Below, piece after piece: positions 1 to 10,293 of a stretch of DNA of 50,132 bases. Under the pieces are notes generated by a model. That model searched no databases and had not been told where the DNA came from. It worked only from the letters and a program-made list of their open reading frames with translations. This DNA comes from Deinococcales bacterium (lineage in GTDB: Bacteria > Deinococcota > Deinococci > Deinococcales > JAAFIG01), in assembly GCA_031414595.1 (NCBI GenBank), contig JANNVX010000008.1:1-50132 (forward strand), read 5' to 3'. Position 1 is the first letter of the stretch; each line of letters opens with the position of its first letter. Made by a program: the position numbers and the translations under genes.

Positions 1-105
1 GTTTATGCCACTAAACGAAAAGTCGCAGATGACTTCAAGGATTCGATGCGTATTGTGTTTGATAAGGTCATGCCGCAATGGAATTATGTGGCTAAACCGA
101 CTTGA
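1..105 (+). CDS. C-terminal fragment of an ISAzo13-family (Rhodopirellula-type DDE) transposase, truncated by the window edge
   Basis: Frame 1 reads VYATKRKVADDFKDSMRIVFDKVMPQWNYVAKPT*. This resembles the Y-x-T-x-x-K-V...WNY C-terminus typical of ISAzo13 transposases. Confidence 0.75.
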   Translation, partial: VYATKRKVADDFKDSMRIVFDKVMPQWNYVAKPT

Positions 106-142
106 GGTGTAAATCGGGAAGTTATTTACGGACAAATCCTAA
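1..142 (+). mobile_element. Right end of a probable ISAzo13-family insertion sequence
   Basis: The transposase stop is followed by a short tail (..gggaagttatttacggacaaatcctaa). The exact terminal inverted repeat cannot be confirmed because the left end lies outside the window. Confidence 0.55.
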
Positions 143-200
143 CTGTGCCAAACAGCAAAACCCCAATGCCCAAACCGTAGTCGCCCATATCGCGTTCCAA

Positions 201-423
201 CCCTCACCCAACTCGCTTAGGCTCGTTACCCTCTCCCGCCAAGAAGCGCGGGAGAGGGTTGTTCGGTTTGTTTTGTTGGTAAAATTGAAGGCAAAAAATC
301 AAAAAATTAGTTCAAACAGGTTTTTTGAGGCAGACAGGAGTCAAAGTCCCGAATACCAAACCCTCCCCCAGCGAAGCGTTTTTTGGGGGAGGGTGGCGAG
401 CCTAGGCGAGACGGGAGAGGGGG
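201..423. repeat. Inverted pair of CCCTC(T/C)CC-type REP-like palindromic elements (201-259 and 360-423)
   Basis: Copy 1 stem is accctctcccgc(228-239)/gcgggagagggt(248-259). Copy 2 stem is accctccccca(360-370)/tgggggagggt(384-394). Both share ctcgc(t/c)taggctcg in opposite orientations. Confidence 0.75.
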
Positions 424-513
424 TGACTGACCGTGATTTTTTTCGTACTGAAAAGGTTTTGTCCTTAAACTGATGCGAATGGGCAAGCCCAATTTACACC
501 CTTAAAGGTTAAG

Positions 514-1344
514 TCACATTTTAAGGCAAAATTGCATAGCCCCAATCTGAGTTTGGAAATCTAAGCTCATGCGTTTAGCGTGTCTTTCAGGAAACCCTTC
601 ACCAATAAGCGCAGCAAAGACCAAATTAGCGTTTTCATCAGTAGCCTCTATACCCTCTTGAGCAGCTTCAAACACAAATTCTAACCAACGCTTTTCGTCT
701 AACGAGTGCAAATTGCCACTACTTTTGTTCATGCTGTGATACTTGAACTTCCTATACGTTGACTCACTTACACGATCATGTAAATGCACTCGAGTTGGCT
801 GCTGTTCAATTCGCACACTCTTTGGCAAATAATCACGTACTGTATTAACAAAATCAGTCTCGAGAAGATTTTCTTCAGTAGGTGTCATTGAAGGACTACC
901 AATAACTGGGACAATTCTTACAGCCTCTGCAACATCTTCATAAAATGAAATAGCCAAAAGCGGTTTTTCTAAAGATTGATGTTCAAAATAGATACCATTG
1001 AAGGGGATAGGCTCTTTAGTCCCGTATCGCTTCCAATGACCGAGATTTGAAGGTAAAGCATCAAAAACCACTCGAGCTTGTCCAATTGCCACAATAAATT
1101 TGGTATTCAAATAGCTGGGAACATAGCCCTCAGGTAGAACTTGACCTAAATCAAAATATTCATCTGAATTGCTTGCTGACAACCTAACCATAGCTGCTTG
1201 CATGGTGGTGTAGTTCCGATACCCCAAACTTTCAGCTAGAAGTTCAATAGCTGCATTGTGATTCATTTTTTGACCACGTTTCTCGAAGGCATTGCGTAAC
1301 AGCTTTGCTTGTTTCTTGAATTGCAATAGTTTTTCCTCAGTCAT
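514..1344 (-). CDS. Hypothetical protein with an N-terminal 'glyoxalase superfamily protein' (PF20066-like) helical module and an unrelated C-terminal domain
   Basis: The N-terminus KKQAKLLRNAF...MNHNAAIELLAESLGYRNYTTM matches the KxQAKxLR...HxxALExxAxxxGyxxWntl pattern. There is an AAGGAG SD 7 nt upstream. Confidence 0.7.
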   Translation of the reverse strand: MTEEKLLQFKKQAKLLRNAFEKRGQKMNHNAAIELLAESLGYRNYTTMQAAMVRLSASNSDEYFDLGQVLPEGYVPSYLNTKFIVAIGQARVVFDALPSNLGHWKRYGTKEPIPFNGIYFEHQSLEKPLLAISFYEDVAEAVRIVPVIGSPSMTPTEENLLETDFVNTVRDYLPKSVRIEQQPTRVHLHDRVSESTYRKFKYHSMNKSSGNLHSLDEKRWLEFVFEAAQEGIEATDENANLVFAALIGEGFPERHAKRMSLDFQTQIGAMQFCLKM

Positions 1345-1490
1345 AAAAGACTCCTTTCAAATTAGCATTGTGATTTTGAGGTTCCGCGTTGCTCGTTCAA
1401 TGCCATAATGAAAAAAGGCTTTAACCGATAAATTGTGAAATCGCTATTTGCCATACCCATATGGGCGCGGAAGACAGGTGGCGATCACCT
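1345..1490 (-). ncRNA. Putative structured cis-regulatory 5' leader RNA (RBS-sequestering hairpin plus pseudoknot)
   Basis: Pairings read by eye on the minus strand: AGGUG/CACCU (1490-1476); AAAGCCUUUUUUCA(1422-1409)/UGAAAGGAGUCUUU(1359-1346); GGCAUUG(1404-1398)/CAAUGCU(1370-1364); loop CGCGGAA(1388-1382) complementary to UUCCGCG(1472-1466). Confidence 0.55.
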
Positions 1491-1497
1491 AAGCGGT

Positions 1498-1526
1498 ACG
1501 TTAGCACAGCAACGTCAATTTTCCAA
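1498..1526 (-). promoter_or_regulatory. Sigma-70-type promoter for the 514-1344 gene
   Basis: The minus strand reads TTGGAA-N17-TAACGT with an extended TG. The predicted TSS (~1490) coincides with the first hairpin of the leader. Confidence 0.5.
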
Positions 1527-1632
1527 ATGAGTTGCTGTTTGAACCATCTTTTCTGCTCGAGTACACAGCCTTTACTCAAGGCTTTATGACAAGGCTTCCA
1601 AATATGCTGCATAAACGCTTAAAATACAGAAC

Positions 1633-2595
1633 ATGGATCGCCCCTTAATGGTCTTCTCCGGTCAATCGAACCCCGTGCTTGCCAATGAAATCTGCGAGCA
1701 TATCGGCATTCCATTGGGGCGTTCCATGACAAGACGCTTCAGCAACGAAAATATCGAGGTGCAATTTAAGGAATCCTTACGTGAAGCCGATGTTTTTATT
1801 GTCCAGTCCTTGTGTGGCAATGGCGAATACAATGTTTCGGATTCGATTATCGAACTGCTGTTAATGGTTTCTGCTGCCAAAAGCGCCAGTGCCAACCGCG
1901 TCACCGCCGTGATTCCTTATTTTTCCTATGCCCGTTCCGACAAAAAAGACCACCCTCGTATCCCCATCGCGGCTCGAGTCATGGCGGACATGTTTCAGGT
2001 GGCGGGAGCAGACCGCGCCCTGATGATGACCCTGCACAGCCCGCAAGTCCACGGTTTTTTTAGTATTCCCGTAGACCACTTAAGTGCCGAAGTGGTGATT
2101 GGCAACCATTTTATGACCACCATTGCTTCTTTAGAAGATGCCGTGGTGCTTGCCCCAGACGCAGGTGATATTAAACGCGCCTCGAGTTTAGCCCAGCGCC
2201 TTGGTTGTGGTATTGCTTTTATAGATAAACACCGTGTTTCGGATACCAGAGTCGAAGCCCGGGGTTTAATCGGCGAAGTCAAAAATAAAATTGTGCTGAT
2301 TGTGGATGATGAAATTTCCACGGCGGGCAGCATTGTCGAAGCCGTTACTGTGATTAAAGAAGCCGGCGCTCGAGAAGTCCATGTGGCAGCCTCGCACGGT
2401 GTTTATGTTGGACCGGCGGTAGAACGCATCCGTGACCTTGATATTGTCGAATGTGTATCAACCAACACCTGTTATGTCTCGCCAGAAAAACTTGCCATGA
2501 CCCCTAAATTAAAGGTTCTATCGGTTGGCTCGGTCTTTGCCGAAGCAATCCAACGGATTCACACGGGCGAGAGCGTCAGTACGATGTTTATTTAG
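1633..2595 (+). CDS. prs: Ribose-phosphate pyrophosphokinase
   Basis: Motifs [27 protein letters not shown] and the PRPP loop [11 protein letters not shown]. Confidence 0.97.
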   Translation: MDRPLMVFSGQSNPVLANEICEHIGIPLGRSMTRRFSNENIEVQFKESLREADVFIVQSLCGNGEYNVSDSIIELLLMVSAAKSASANRVTAVIPYFSYARSDKKDHPRIPIAARVMADMFQVAGADRALMMTLHSPQVHGFFSIPVDHLSAEVVIGNHFMTTIASLEDAVVLAPDAGDIKRASSLAQRLGCGIAFIDKHRVSDTRVEARGLIGEVKNKIVLIVDDEISTAGSIVEAVTVIKEAGAREVHVAASHGVYVGPAVERIRDLDIVECVSTNTCYVSPEKLAMTPKLKVLSVGSVFAEAIQRIHTGESVSTMFI

Positions 2596-2634
2596 CTTTT
2601 AGCGACTAGCTGCTAGTTATTAGCTGGTCGCTAG
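2593..2634. repeat. 7-nt periodic TAGCNNN array forming a hairpin after prs (terminator-like)
   Basis: tagcttt tagcgac tagctgc tagttat tagctgg tcgctag; stem tagcgactagct/agctggtcgcta. Confidence 0.55.
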
Positions 2635-2692
2635 AGTCTCCAAAAGGTCTAAAATTTCTAAAAATTTTCGTCAAATGCGTGAATGGAAAAAC

Positions 2693-2771
2693 AAGGCGAA
2701 CACGGGGGTTCGCCCCTACCCCACGCATTTTTTGTACCATAATTGTAGGGACAGACCCCTGTGTCTGTCCT
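2693..2771. repeat. Inverted pair of GTAG-family REP elements
   Basis: aaggcgaacacgggggttcgcccctac (2693-2719) and gtagggacagacccctgtgtctgtcct (2745-2771). The second copy is identical to 16410-16436. Confidence 0.85.
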
Positions 2772-2806
2772 GTAACTAACAATAAAATGGCTTTCTTTCG
2801 GAAGCT

Positions 2807-3454
2807 CTAGCTGGTCGCTGTGTTTGTGTCTTCAAGTAAGTTCAGTAAATCATCCCAAGTGGTCTCGAGGGTCTTGGCTAAAGAAGTGAGGGCAGCTTGC
2901 AGTTGCCAGTTTTTTCTGTCTCCCACCAGATTACTAATACTGCGAAGCTCCAAACACGGCACACCAAAACGCAGGGCGGCTTGGGCAACCCCAGCCCCTT
3001 CCATCGCTTCGGCTCGAGCCGAAAATTGCCTAACAATCCCTTTGGCTCGAGTTGCACTGGTGGTGACGGTTTCTAAGGTGGCAATCACTCCAAATTCCAG
3101 CTTAGCAATTTCAGCATAGGCTAAGGCTCTATTCCAAACAGGTAAAACCTGAAAAATATCTGGGGCAATTGGAAAACCGAGTGCCTCGACTCGAGAACCT
3201 TGCTGTACCCCAAGCCCAGCGTAAACCAAGGCACTCGAGACCACACAATCGGTTAATGCCAAACCAGAATTTGGGTATGCGCCAGCAATACCAACCGATA
3301 AAACCAAATCGGCTCGTCGCTCGAGCAGTGCCGCTTGGGTACTCAGGGCTGCATTGACTGCCCCGATTCCAGAAACAACAATTCTCGAGTCACGCAACAC
3401 GGGTAAGCGCTGCGCCTCGAGCGGCGTGGCAACAACAATCAAAACATTTGGCAT
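2807..3454 (-). CDS. mqnB: Futalosine hydrolase (menaquinone futalosine pathway)
   Basis: PNP/MTAN fold motifs: LIVVATPLEA, SGIGAVNAA, GIAGAY, EAMEGAGVA, ELRSISNLVGDR. Start set at the ATG 6 nt after TAACCT. Confidence 0.85.
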   Translation of the reverse strand: MPNVLIVVATPLEAQRLPVLRDSRIVVSGIGAVNAALSTQAALLERRADLVLSVGIAGAYPNSGLALTDCVVSSALVYAGLGVQQGSRVEALGFPIAPDIFQVLPVWNRALAYAEIAKLEFGVIATLETVTTSATRAKGIVRQFSARAEAMEGAGVAQAALRFGVPCLELRSISNLVGDRKNWQLQAALTSLAKTLETTWDDLLNLLEDTNTATS

Positions 3455-3501
3455 ACACACAGGTTATCTGATTTTGGGCATAATCTTTTACCTTTCGCCT
3501 T

Positions 3502-6500
3502 TTACTTTTCACCCTGTCTTTGAATCACTCGAGCCTGCATGGTCAAACCAAGTTCTAATGCCAAGGCATGAGCTTGACGCAATAATTTCTTTGGATGACG
3601 CTCAAAAACGGCTTTGGCTCGTAAATGGAGGATTTGGACTCGAGGGTTATCGGGGTGCAACCTTAAAAACTGCTCGAGTTCGCTCTGGGCAAGTGGCAGC
3701 TGACCACCATCCAGCAATGCCCGCAGTTCGTCTTCGCGAGGCACAATTAACCCCTATCGGTTGTGGTGGATTGGCTCTGGCTTTGACGGCTCGCATGGCA
3801 CTATGAAAAGCGGGTTGTCCTAACTGGGTTTGGGCGCTGCAACGCAGGTTGTCCAAGCTACTTTGCATCAGGCTTGTGGTTGGAATACTCGAGACAAGCG
3901 CCAAGGCTTGCTCGGCAGCTTCAAGGCTTTTCAGGCAGTCTTTAGGGCGCATGGCAGCCAAATGTATTCGTGCCACTGTGCTGTACGAACTGCACAAGGC
4001 AAAATGATTGACAAGGCTTTGGTAACACTTGACACTTTTTTGGGCTTGCTCGAGTGCCAAACTTAAATCATCGCGCTCGAGCAGCAATTGGGCATGGACA
4101 CGGGTAGCAAAGCCAAGTGCGTTATCCCATTGGCTGTTCTCGAGCAGTTGCAACGCCAAGCCAATGTGCTTTTCGCAGGTGCTTAAGTCGCCCAAAAGCA
4201 AAGCACAGTAGGCTGCCATGGTCAGGGCATACGGGCGACCGTGGCGCATTTGTTTTGAATCAATGGCAGCATCGGCAGCTTCAAGCGCATGACCAAAGGC
4301 ATCTGCCCAACGGCTTAAATTCTGCTCGAACATATAGACCGCTTCTAAAGCACGAAATTTTAAGCTGAGGTCATGGCGACCTAGGCTCAGACTTTGCTTG
4401 GCGTACTCGAGGGCAAGCTGGGTTTGTCCAGCGCTATTTTCTGCCCATGAGCGCAAATCAAAAATCAGGTACTTGACATGATCATCCTGCCCAGCCAATT
4501 CAGATGCTTGGTCAAAAATGGTTCTGGCTTTGGGGATGTCTTGCTGGGTCTGGGCAATCCAATCGGCTTGGGTGGCTAGGGCAATGGCTTCGAGTTGCCG
4601 TATACCGCGTGTCCGTGCAATAGCCAGCAGTTGCTGCAAAGCCCGAGGCAAATTAGGCGCGTTATAGACATCGGCGCGGTAAATCGGGGTCAGTTTTAAG
4701 TAAAGCTGTTCAAGGTCGGCTAAACTCAGCCAAGTCGGTTGCTGCTCGAGTAAATCCAAGCAGCGCTCCAAATGCACAATCCCAGCCTGCATAAAACCCA
4801 ATTGGTAGACTTCTAAAGCTGCTAGTAAACGGTAATGGGCTTCGCGGCGCGGATTATTGGCTCGCTGTGCTAATTCTGCCAGCACACTACTCGGAAAGAC
4901 TTCGCCTATGTGGAGACGTTGCTCGAGATTTTCAAGCATGGTGCTGGACAAAGCAGACTGAACGCTGTTTGGGGTCTGGTCAAGGGTGGCATCACGCAAC
5001 AAGTCGTGAGCGAAATTGTTACCGCGCAGCACATCCAAATGTTCTAATCGCGCCCATGCCAACGCCAATTGCAACTGGTCGCTTTGTAGTACCTGAGTTG
5101 CCAATTGCAAGGTCGCTAAACTGCCTGCCACTGCAATAAATTGGGTCAGTTGCCACTCGAGCGGAGCAAGGGTTTTGAGGCGTGCTTGCAAAAGTGGCAG
5201 TAAGCCCCGTCCAAAATCACCTGTGGCACGGTATGCAAGAGCAGCCTCCTTAAAAAATAAGGCATTGCCACCAGTTAAATTCATAAATTCATCAGCTAAA
5301 CTCTGGCTAATTCCCAAGCGCTCGAGCCAAACCGCAATTTCAGAAATACTCAGTGGTTGGATAGTTTTTTGGCTTGCCCCTTGACGCTCGAGTTGTAACA
5401 GGGCAGCTTGGCTTTGGCTGTGGATTTCATTTGGACGGTACGCCAAAATGCTTGGCGCGAGTTGTTCATCAAGTCGTTGCTGCACCAATTGCCAGAACCA
5501 AGCGCTACTCATTTCATCCATAAAGTGAAGATCGTCGGCAACCAGCCCACTCGAGGCAGGAAAAAACAAATTTAGCGCCGTATACAAACGCATTTGGTCA
5601 AACGTATCGGCAGTGCTGTCTTGACCCAGTTCAGGTAAAAACCGTGCCAAAACCGCTTGCGCCCAAGTTGGTAACACGAAATTTTCACGCAGACGCTTTC
5701 GCACTGTCCGCAACACACTCGAGTATGGCAGGGCGGCATCGTTTGGGCGGCACTCGAGCCAAATTGCCTTGGGAAATTCAGCCCGCAATAAGACGGTTTT
5801 GCCCACTCCTGCTTCGCCAAGCAGCAAACCAAAACCATTCTTTAAGCGCAGGTTCTCGAGCCAAGTACGCTCCAAGAACCGACCAATTGGCGCATCCTCG
5901 AGCCGTTGCAAAGCAATCAAGGGTTCGTTCAGCACCCCAAGCGTCTTGGCACTGGGTGGCAAGCCCAATTCGCGTTGCAAGGTACTTTGACACAACAACA
6001 AGGTTGCTCGGGCTTCGGCTTCACGCCCTGCGCTTCGTTGCAAGCGCATCAATTGCTGGTAAGCGGCTTCGTTCAGGGCATCCAAACGCAAACGCTGCTG
6101 CGCCAATAACAAGGCTGGCTCGAGTTTGGCTTGCCGCAACAAACGCTCGGCGGTTTGTTCTAGTTGTTGTTGCAGTAAACCCGTAAAATACGCGCCTTGT
6201 TCGGCTGCCCAAGTGTCAAATTCAGGAGCGCCCTCCAACACAAAGCCCTCGAGCCATGCACCACGCATCTCGAGCAGGGTCTGTTCGGTCACTTGTTTGG
6301 TCAGCGCCAAGGCATCCACATAAAGTTCTTGCTGCCAAGCCACGGTCTGCCGAGTTGCCTCGAGTGGTCTTAAACCAGCCTTACTCAGCACTTTATTGAC
6401 TTGGGCGAGGGCGTTACGCAAAGCATCCTTGGGTTGCGGTGAATCCACCCACAGCCAATTGGCAAGTTTTTCACGGCTCTGGACACCACCAAGTGCCAAT

Positions 6501-6610
6501 AGAATCAGCAAAGCCAAGCCTTTACGGCTGGGAAAACGTAGTACCTGCTCGGCTAAAGTCAAACTCGGCACAGCAAAAACCCGTAACTCGAGTTGAACAT
6601 CAGCACTCAC
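3502..6610 (-). pseudogene. SARP/BTAD-family transcriptional regulator with AAA ATPase and TPR region, frameshifted near the C-terminus
   Basis: Has a wHTH (SRKGLALL..SREKLANWLW), BTAD (LRLDALNEAAYQQLMRL), Walker A GEAGVGKT and Walker B DDLHFMD. The helical TPR-like C-terminus continues in the 3502-3744 frame after the G4 run at 3751-3754. Confidence 0.75.
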
Positions 6611-6722
6611 GATTTGATTATACGACCTTTAGGATTTTCTAATTGGTCATTTGCTTCTATTGTGACCGAAAACACACCACCGAATCGTTCTCAATAACCC
6701 ACAAATGGCTTAGACTGGTTTT

Positions 6723-7439
6723 ATGATTCGTCGTCCCAATTTGAATAGTCAACAAACCCCGCCAATTACCTTGGTTTTACTGGTCGTGATGGCAGTGTTG
6801 TACTTATTATCGGCTTCGGTTTTCGATCAAAATGGCGGTACGACTTGGCAGCGCTTTTTTGATGGCTCGAGTGTCCCAGTGCTGGCGGAACTCGGGGCGA
6901 ACGCCAAGGTTTTAACCCTTGACCAAAACGAATTTTGGCGTTTATTGACTGCCACTTTACTGCATGGCAGTGTGGTGCATTTAGCGATGAATGGTTTTTC
7001 GCTTTGGAATTTAGGTACGCAACTCGAGTTGGGTATTGGTTGGCAAGAATTACTGTTTGCATTTGTGATTACGGGTTTATCGGGTTCGGGCATGGGGGCT
7101 TTTTTTGGTAATCCCTTGGCAATTAGTATCGGGGCGAGTGGTGCAATTTTTGGCTTGTTGGGTTTCTTGATTTCGGTGGGTACTCGGGATTTGCGTGGTT
7201 TGCAACGCCAAATTTCTAAGAATGGTAGCATGGTTGCAATAGCCCTTTTTTTGCCAATGCTGATTCCAAATGTAGACCATTGGGCGCATATTGGTGGTGT
7301 AGCCAGTGGTTTGGTACTTGGCTTTTTGTACCGCCACCCGCCACAATCCATTCGCCAATTATTGGGTTTCTCGAGTGCTGCCCTGCTTTTGGCTGGGACT
7401 GGAATGATTATTTTCCAAGCCCTCAAAATTGGTTTTTAG
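6723..7439 (+). CDS. Rhomboid-family intramembrane serine protease
   Basis: WRLLTATLLHGSVVHLAMN, catalytic GASG, HWAHIGG. Confidence 0.93.
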   Translation: MIRRPNLNSQQTPPITLVLLVVMAVLYLLSASVFDQNGGTTWQRFFDGSSVPVLAELGANAKVLTLDQNEFWRLLTATLLHGSVVHLAMNGFSLWNLGTQLELGIGWQELLFAFVITGLSGSGMGAFFGNPLAISIGASGAIFGLLGFLISVGTRDLRGLQRQISKNGSMVAIALFLPMLIPNVDHWAHIGGVASGLVLGFLYRHPPQSIRQLLGFSSAALLLAGTGMIIFQALKIGF

Positions 7440-7480
7440 GATCATGAAACATTGCTCTTTCTTTGTTTCTCCTTTTCCTT

Positions 7481-8674
7481 ATGCCTAGCTTCTACGGTTG
7501 GCGTATCGTTTGGGCTTTGGCGATTAGTACCACCGTGGCGTATGGCGTGTTGTATTACAGTTTTGCGGTCTTTGTACAACCAATGGAAACCGAACAAAAT
7601 TGGAATCGGGCGCAGACTTCGGCGGCTTTTAGTCTGGCAATGCTAATAGCGGGTTTGGTTGCACCACTTCTTGGGCGGGTGCTGGATAAACATGGCGCTC
7701 GAGTGGTGATGAGTCTTGGGGCGCTTGGCTCGAGTTTAATGCTTGTCTTGTGGTCGTTCACCTCGAGTTTGCCAGTGTTGTATGCCACTTGGTTTGGTTT
7801 GGGGTTGTGTGCCGCCGCAACCTTTTATGACCCAGCTTTTACCACCATTGCGGTTTGGTTTAAGCTGCATCGGGCAAGGGCAATGCTGAGCATTACACTG
7901 GTGGCGGGGCTTGCCAGTACGATTTTTGTGCCGCTTGATACGTGGTTACTGGGGGTGCTGGGCTGGCGTGGGGCAGTGCGGGTTTTGGCAATACTGATGT
8001 TTTTAACTGCGCCGCTTTTGTGGTGGGTGGTGCGTCGTCATCCGTCAGACCTTGGTTTAAGCGTCGACGGTTTACCCCAAACTCCAGACTTAGATAAACC
8101 CGTGTCGGTGGCAACCACAAATTTTCTGGGGTCTCGAGTCTTTTGGAGTGTGGCATTGGCTTTTGCTTTAGGACGCACGGCGGTTTCGGTGCTTGCGCCA
8201 CATCTCGTGCCGTTGCTGCGTGAACGTGGGTACTCGGGGGCATTTGCGGCATTGGTGGCGGGAAGTATTGGGGTCTTGCAGTTGGTTGGGCGGGTGTTTT
8301 TTACTTCTCTGACTTCTAAAGCGGCGCTGATTAGCTTGTCCAGTGCGGCTTTTGCACTGCATGGGCTTGGGATTTTATTTTTAACCAGTGCTTTAGATAT
8401 CGGTATTTGGGGTTTTGTTATTTTTTATGGCACAACCAACGGTGCAATTACTTTAACTCGAGCCGCGCTTCTTGGTGAATTATTTGCCCCAACTATTTAT
8501 GGCAGGGTCAATGGCATGGTCAGTTTAATGACTGCCCTTTCTGGGGCGTTTATGCCTTTTGTGGCGGGTTTGCTGCACAGCCAAAACGGGGATTATCAAT
8601 TGGTCTTGTGGTTGCTGGTGGCGGCGATGGCTGCCTCGAGCCTACTGGTTTTAGGCGCTCGAGGGCGTTCATAA
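7481..8674 (+). CDS. MFS transporter
   Basis: About 12 hydrophobic helices and MFS motif A (GRVLDKHGAR). Start set at the ATG of MPSFYGW. Confidence 0.9.
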   Translation: MPSFYGWRIVWALAISTTVAYGVLYYSFAVFVQPMETEQNWNRAQTSAAFSLAMLIAGLVAPLLGRVLDKHGARVVMSLGALGSSLMLVLWSFTSSLPVLYATWFGLGLCAAATFYDPAFTTIAVWFKLHRARAMLSITLVAGLASTIFVPLDTWLLGVLGWRGAVRVLAILMFLTAPLLWWVVRRHPSDLGLSVDGLPQTPDLDKPVSVATTNFLGSRVFWSVALAFALGRTAVSVLAPHLVPLLRERGYSGAFAALVAGSIGVLQLVGRVFFTSLTSKAALISLSSAAFALHGLGILFLTSALDIGIWGFVIFYGTTNGAITLTRAALLGELFAPTIYGRVNGMVSLMTALSGAFMPFVAGLLHSQNGDYQLVLWLLVAAMAASSLLVLGARGRS

Positions 8675-8692
8675 AAACTTGACACAATCTTA

Positions 8693-9697
8693 GTGAAATC
8701 TTCACAAATAAGCGAAAGACTAAGGTCTGAGATGCTGCTGAAATCCTTACCTTCTGCACTAAAACATATTTTTGCGGCTCGAGCCGTACAGCATGTTCAG
8801 CATTTTGAAAATGTTTTAGGAACAACCTTAGAATTACAAATTAAAGCACCAAATATATTGGTTGCCCAACGCGCCGAAAAAGTTCTGCTCGAGGAAGTAT
8901 GGCGTTTAGAAAAGATTTTTAGTCGCTTTGTAGCCACTTCAGAACTGAATCGCTTGGTGGCAACCCAGCACCAAGCCTTTTTACTTTCCCATGAACTCGA
9001 GTCGGTTTTACAAGCCGCGCTTTTTTGGCAGGAACGTTCTAAAGGGGCATTTCATCTTGGGGCAGACGCACTTGGGCAAGTTTGGAAATCGGCAGAAACA
9101 ACGGGGCTTATCCCAAGTCAAGCCGAACTTGCATCTGTGCTTTTAGGATTACAAGCACCAATCCTAAAAGTCGGCGCTCGACACGCCACAAAATCTTCGC
9201 ACTTGCCAATCAACTTAAACGCCATTGCCAAAGGATTTATTGCCGAAACCACAGCCCAAAAAGCCTTTATGGTCAAAGATGTGACCCAAGTTTTGGTCAA
9301 TCTTGGCGGGGATTTACGGCATTACGGCACAGAGCCGATTGTGGTTAGCATCGCCAATCCGTTTACCAATGCCGATAATGCCTTGCCGCTCGAGAAAATT
9401 ACACTTCGTAATCAAGGGCTTGCCACCAGTGGCGGTTCGCACCGAGGTTATACGGTGGCTGGCACTCGAGTTTCGCACCTGCTTGACCCGCGTACTGGTT
9501 TGCCTGTGCAGCAAATGATATCAGCTTCGGTGATTGCCCCCGATGCGATGACTGCCGATGTGCTTGCCACGATTTTCAGTGTTTTAACGCCATCAGAAAG
9601 TCTAGAAATGGCAAATTCACTACCGAGCATTGGTTGTTGTTTGGTCAGTCAAAACCAGATTATTCGCAATCAGTTCTGGCAAACCTGTCAGGTGTAA
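8693..9697 (+). CDS. apbE: FAD:protein FMN transferase (ApbE family)
   Basis: LNAIAKGF, VNLGGDL, ATSGGSHR, SHLLDPRTG, ADVLAT. Start codon uncertain. Confidence 0.9.
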   Translation: MKSSQISERLRSEMLLKSLPSALKHIFAARAVQHVQHFENVLGTTLELQIKAPNILVAQRAEKVLLEEVWRLEKIFSRFVATSELNRLVATQHQAFLLSHELESVLQAALFWQERSKGAFHLGADALGQVWKSAETTGLIPSQAELASVLLGLQAPILKVGARHATKSSHLPINLNAIAKGFIAETTAQKAFMVKDVTQVLVNLGGDLRHYGTEPIVVSIANPFTNADNALPLEKITLRNQGLATSGGSHRGYTVAGTRVSHLLDPRTGLPVQQMISASVIAPDAMTADVLATIFSVLTPSESLEMANSLPSIGCCLVSQNQIIRNQFWQTCQV

Positions 9698-9741
9698 CCA
9701 AGTTGTTACCGCTTTTTGATTTTATTACTTATAGGAGAACC

Positions 9742-10293
9742 ATGAAAAAAACCTATCCTTATTCGCGCCGCAGTTTTCTCGGTCATGCCATCAGCACCAC
9801 CGCCGCTTTTTTTGTCGCGCCGCTTGTTAAAGCCAAAAGTCTTGTCTGGGACAGCAAAATGGAAGCCGTTGTGACTGTGGAAATCAATCAGCCAAATGGT
9901 GGGCGTTATAACCGTCCGTACATCGCGGTTTGGCTCGAGAATGCGGCTGGTAAATCGGTGCGTACTTTGGCGGTTTGGGTGCAAGCTGGCAAAGGCGAGC
10001 GTTGGCATCAGGATTTAAGACGCTGGTTTCAGAGCAACGCTGATTTAATCAGCACCACCTCGAGTCCGACCCGAATGCCCGGCACATACAAACTGGTCTG
10101 GGATGGAAAATCCGATAAAGGCATACTGCTCGAGCAGGGCGATTATTTTGTCTGTATCGAAGCGGCAAGAGAACACGGCACATACCAGTTAATCCGAGAA
10201 AAAATAAGTTTTACCAGTGCTGGATTTAGCAAAGTGCTGACGGGTAACGAAGAAATCAAAGGAGCAAAAGTTGAATTCCGTGCAAAGAGCTGA
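9742..10293 (+). CDS. DUF2271-domain exported protein with a Tat signal (probable flavinylation substrate)
   Basis: SD AGGAG; twin-arginine SRRSFLG; RPYIAVWLE, DLRRW, WDGKSDKG and EAAREHG are typical of DUF2271. Confidence 0.85.
   Translation: MKKTYPYSRRSFLGHAISTTAAFFVAPLVKAKSLVWDSKMEAVVTVEINQPNGGRYNRPYIAVWLENAAGKSVRTLAVWVQAGKGERWHQDLRRWFQSNADLISTTSSPTRMPGTYKLVWDGKSDKGILLEQGDYFVCIEAAREHGTYQLIREKISFTSAGFSKVLTGNEEIKGAKVEFRAKS

Noticed and set aside
102-492. ORFs 102-473 (+) and 307-492 (-)
   Set aside because: They run across the IS end and REP palindromes and have no protein-like features.
1421-1612. 63-aa ORF upstream of the 276-aa gene as a leader peptide
   Set aside because: It starts upstream of the predicted promoter and overlaps the structured leader; there is no SD or -10 support.
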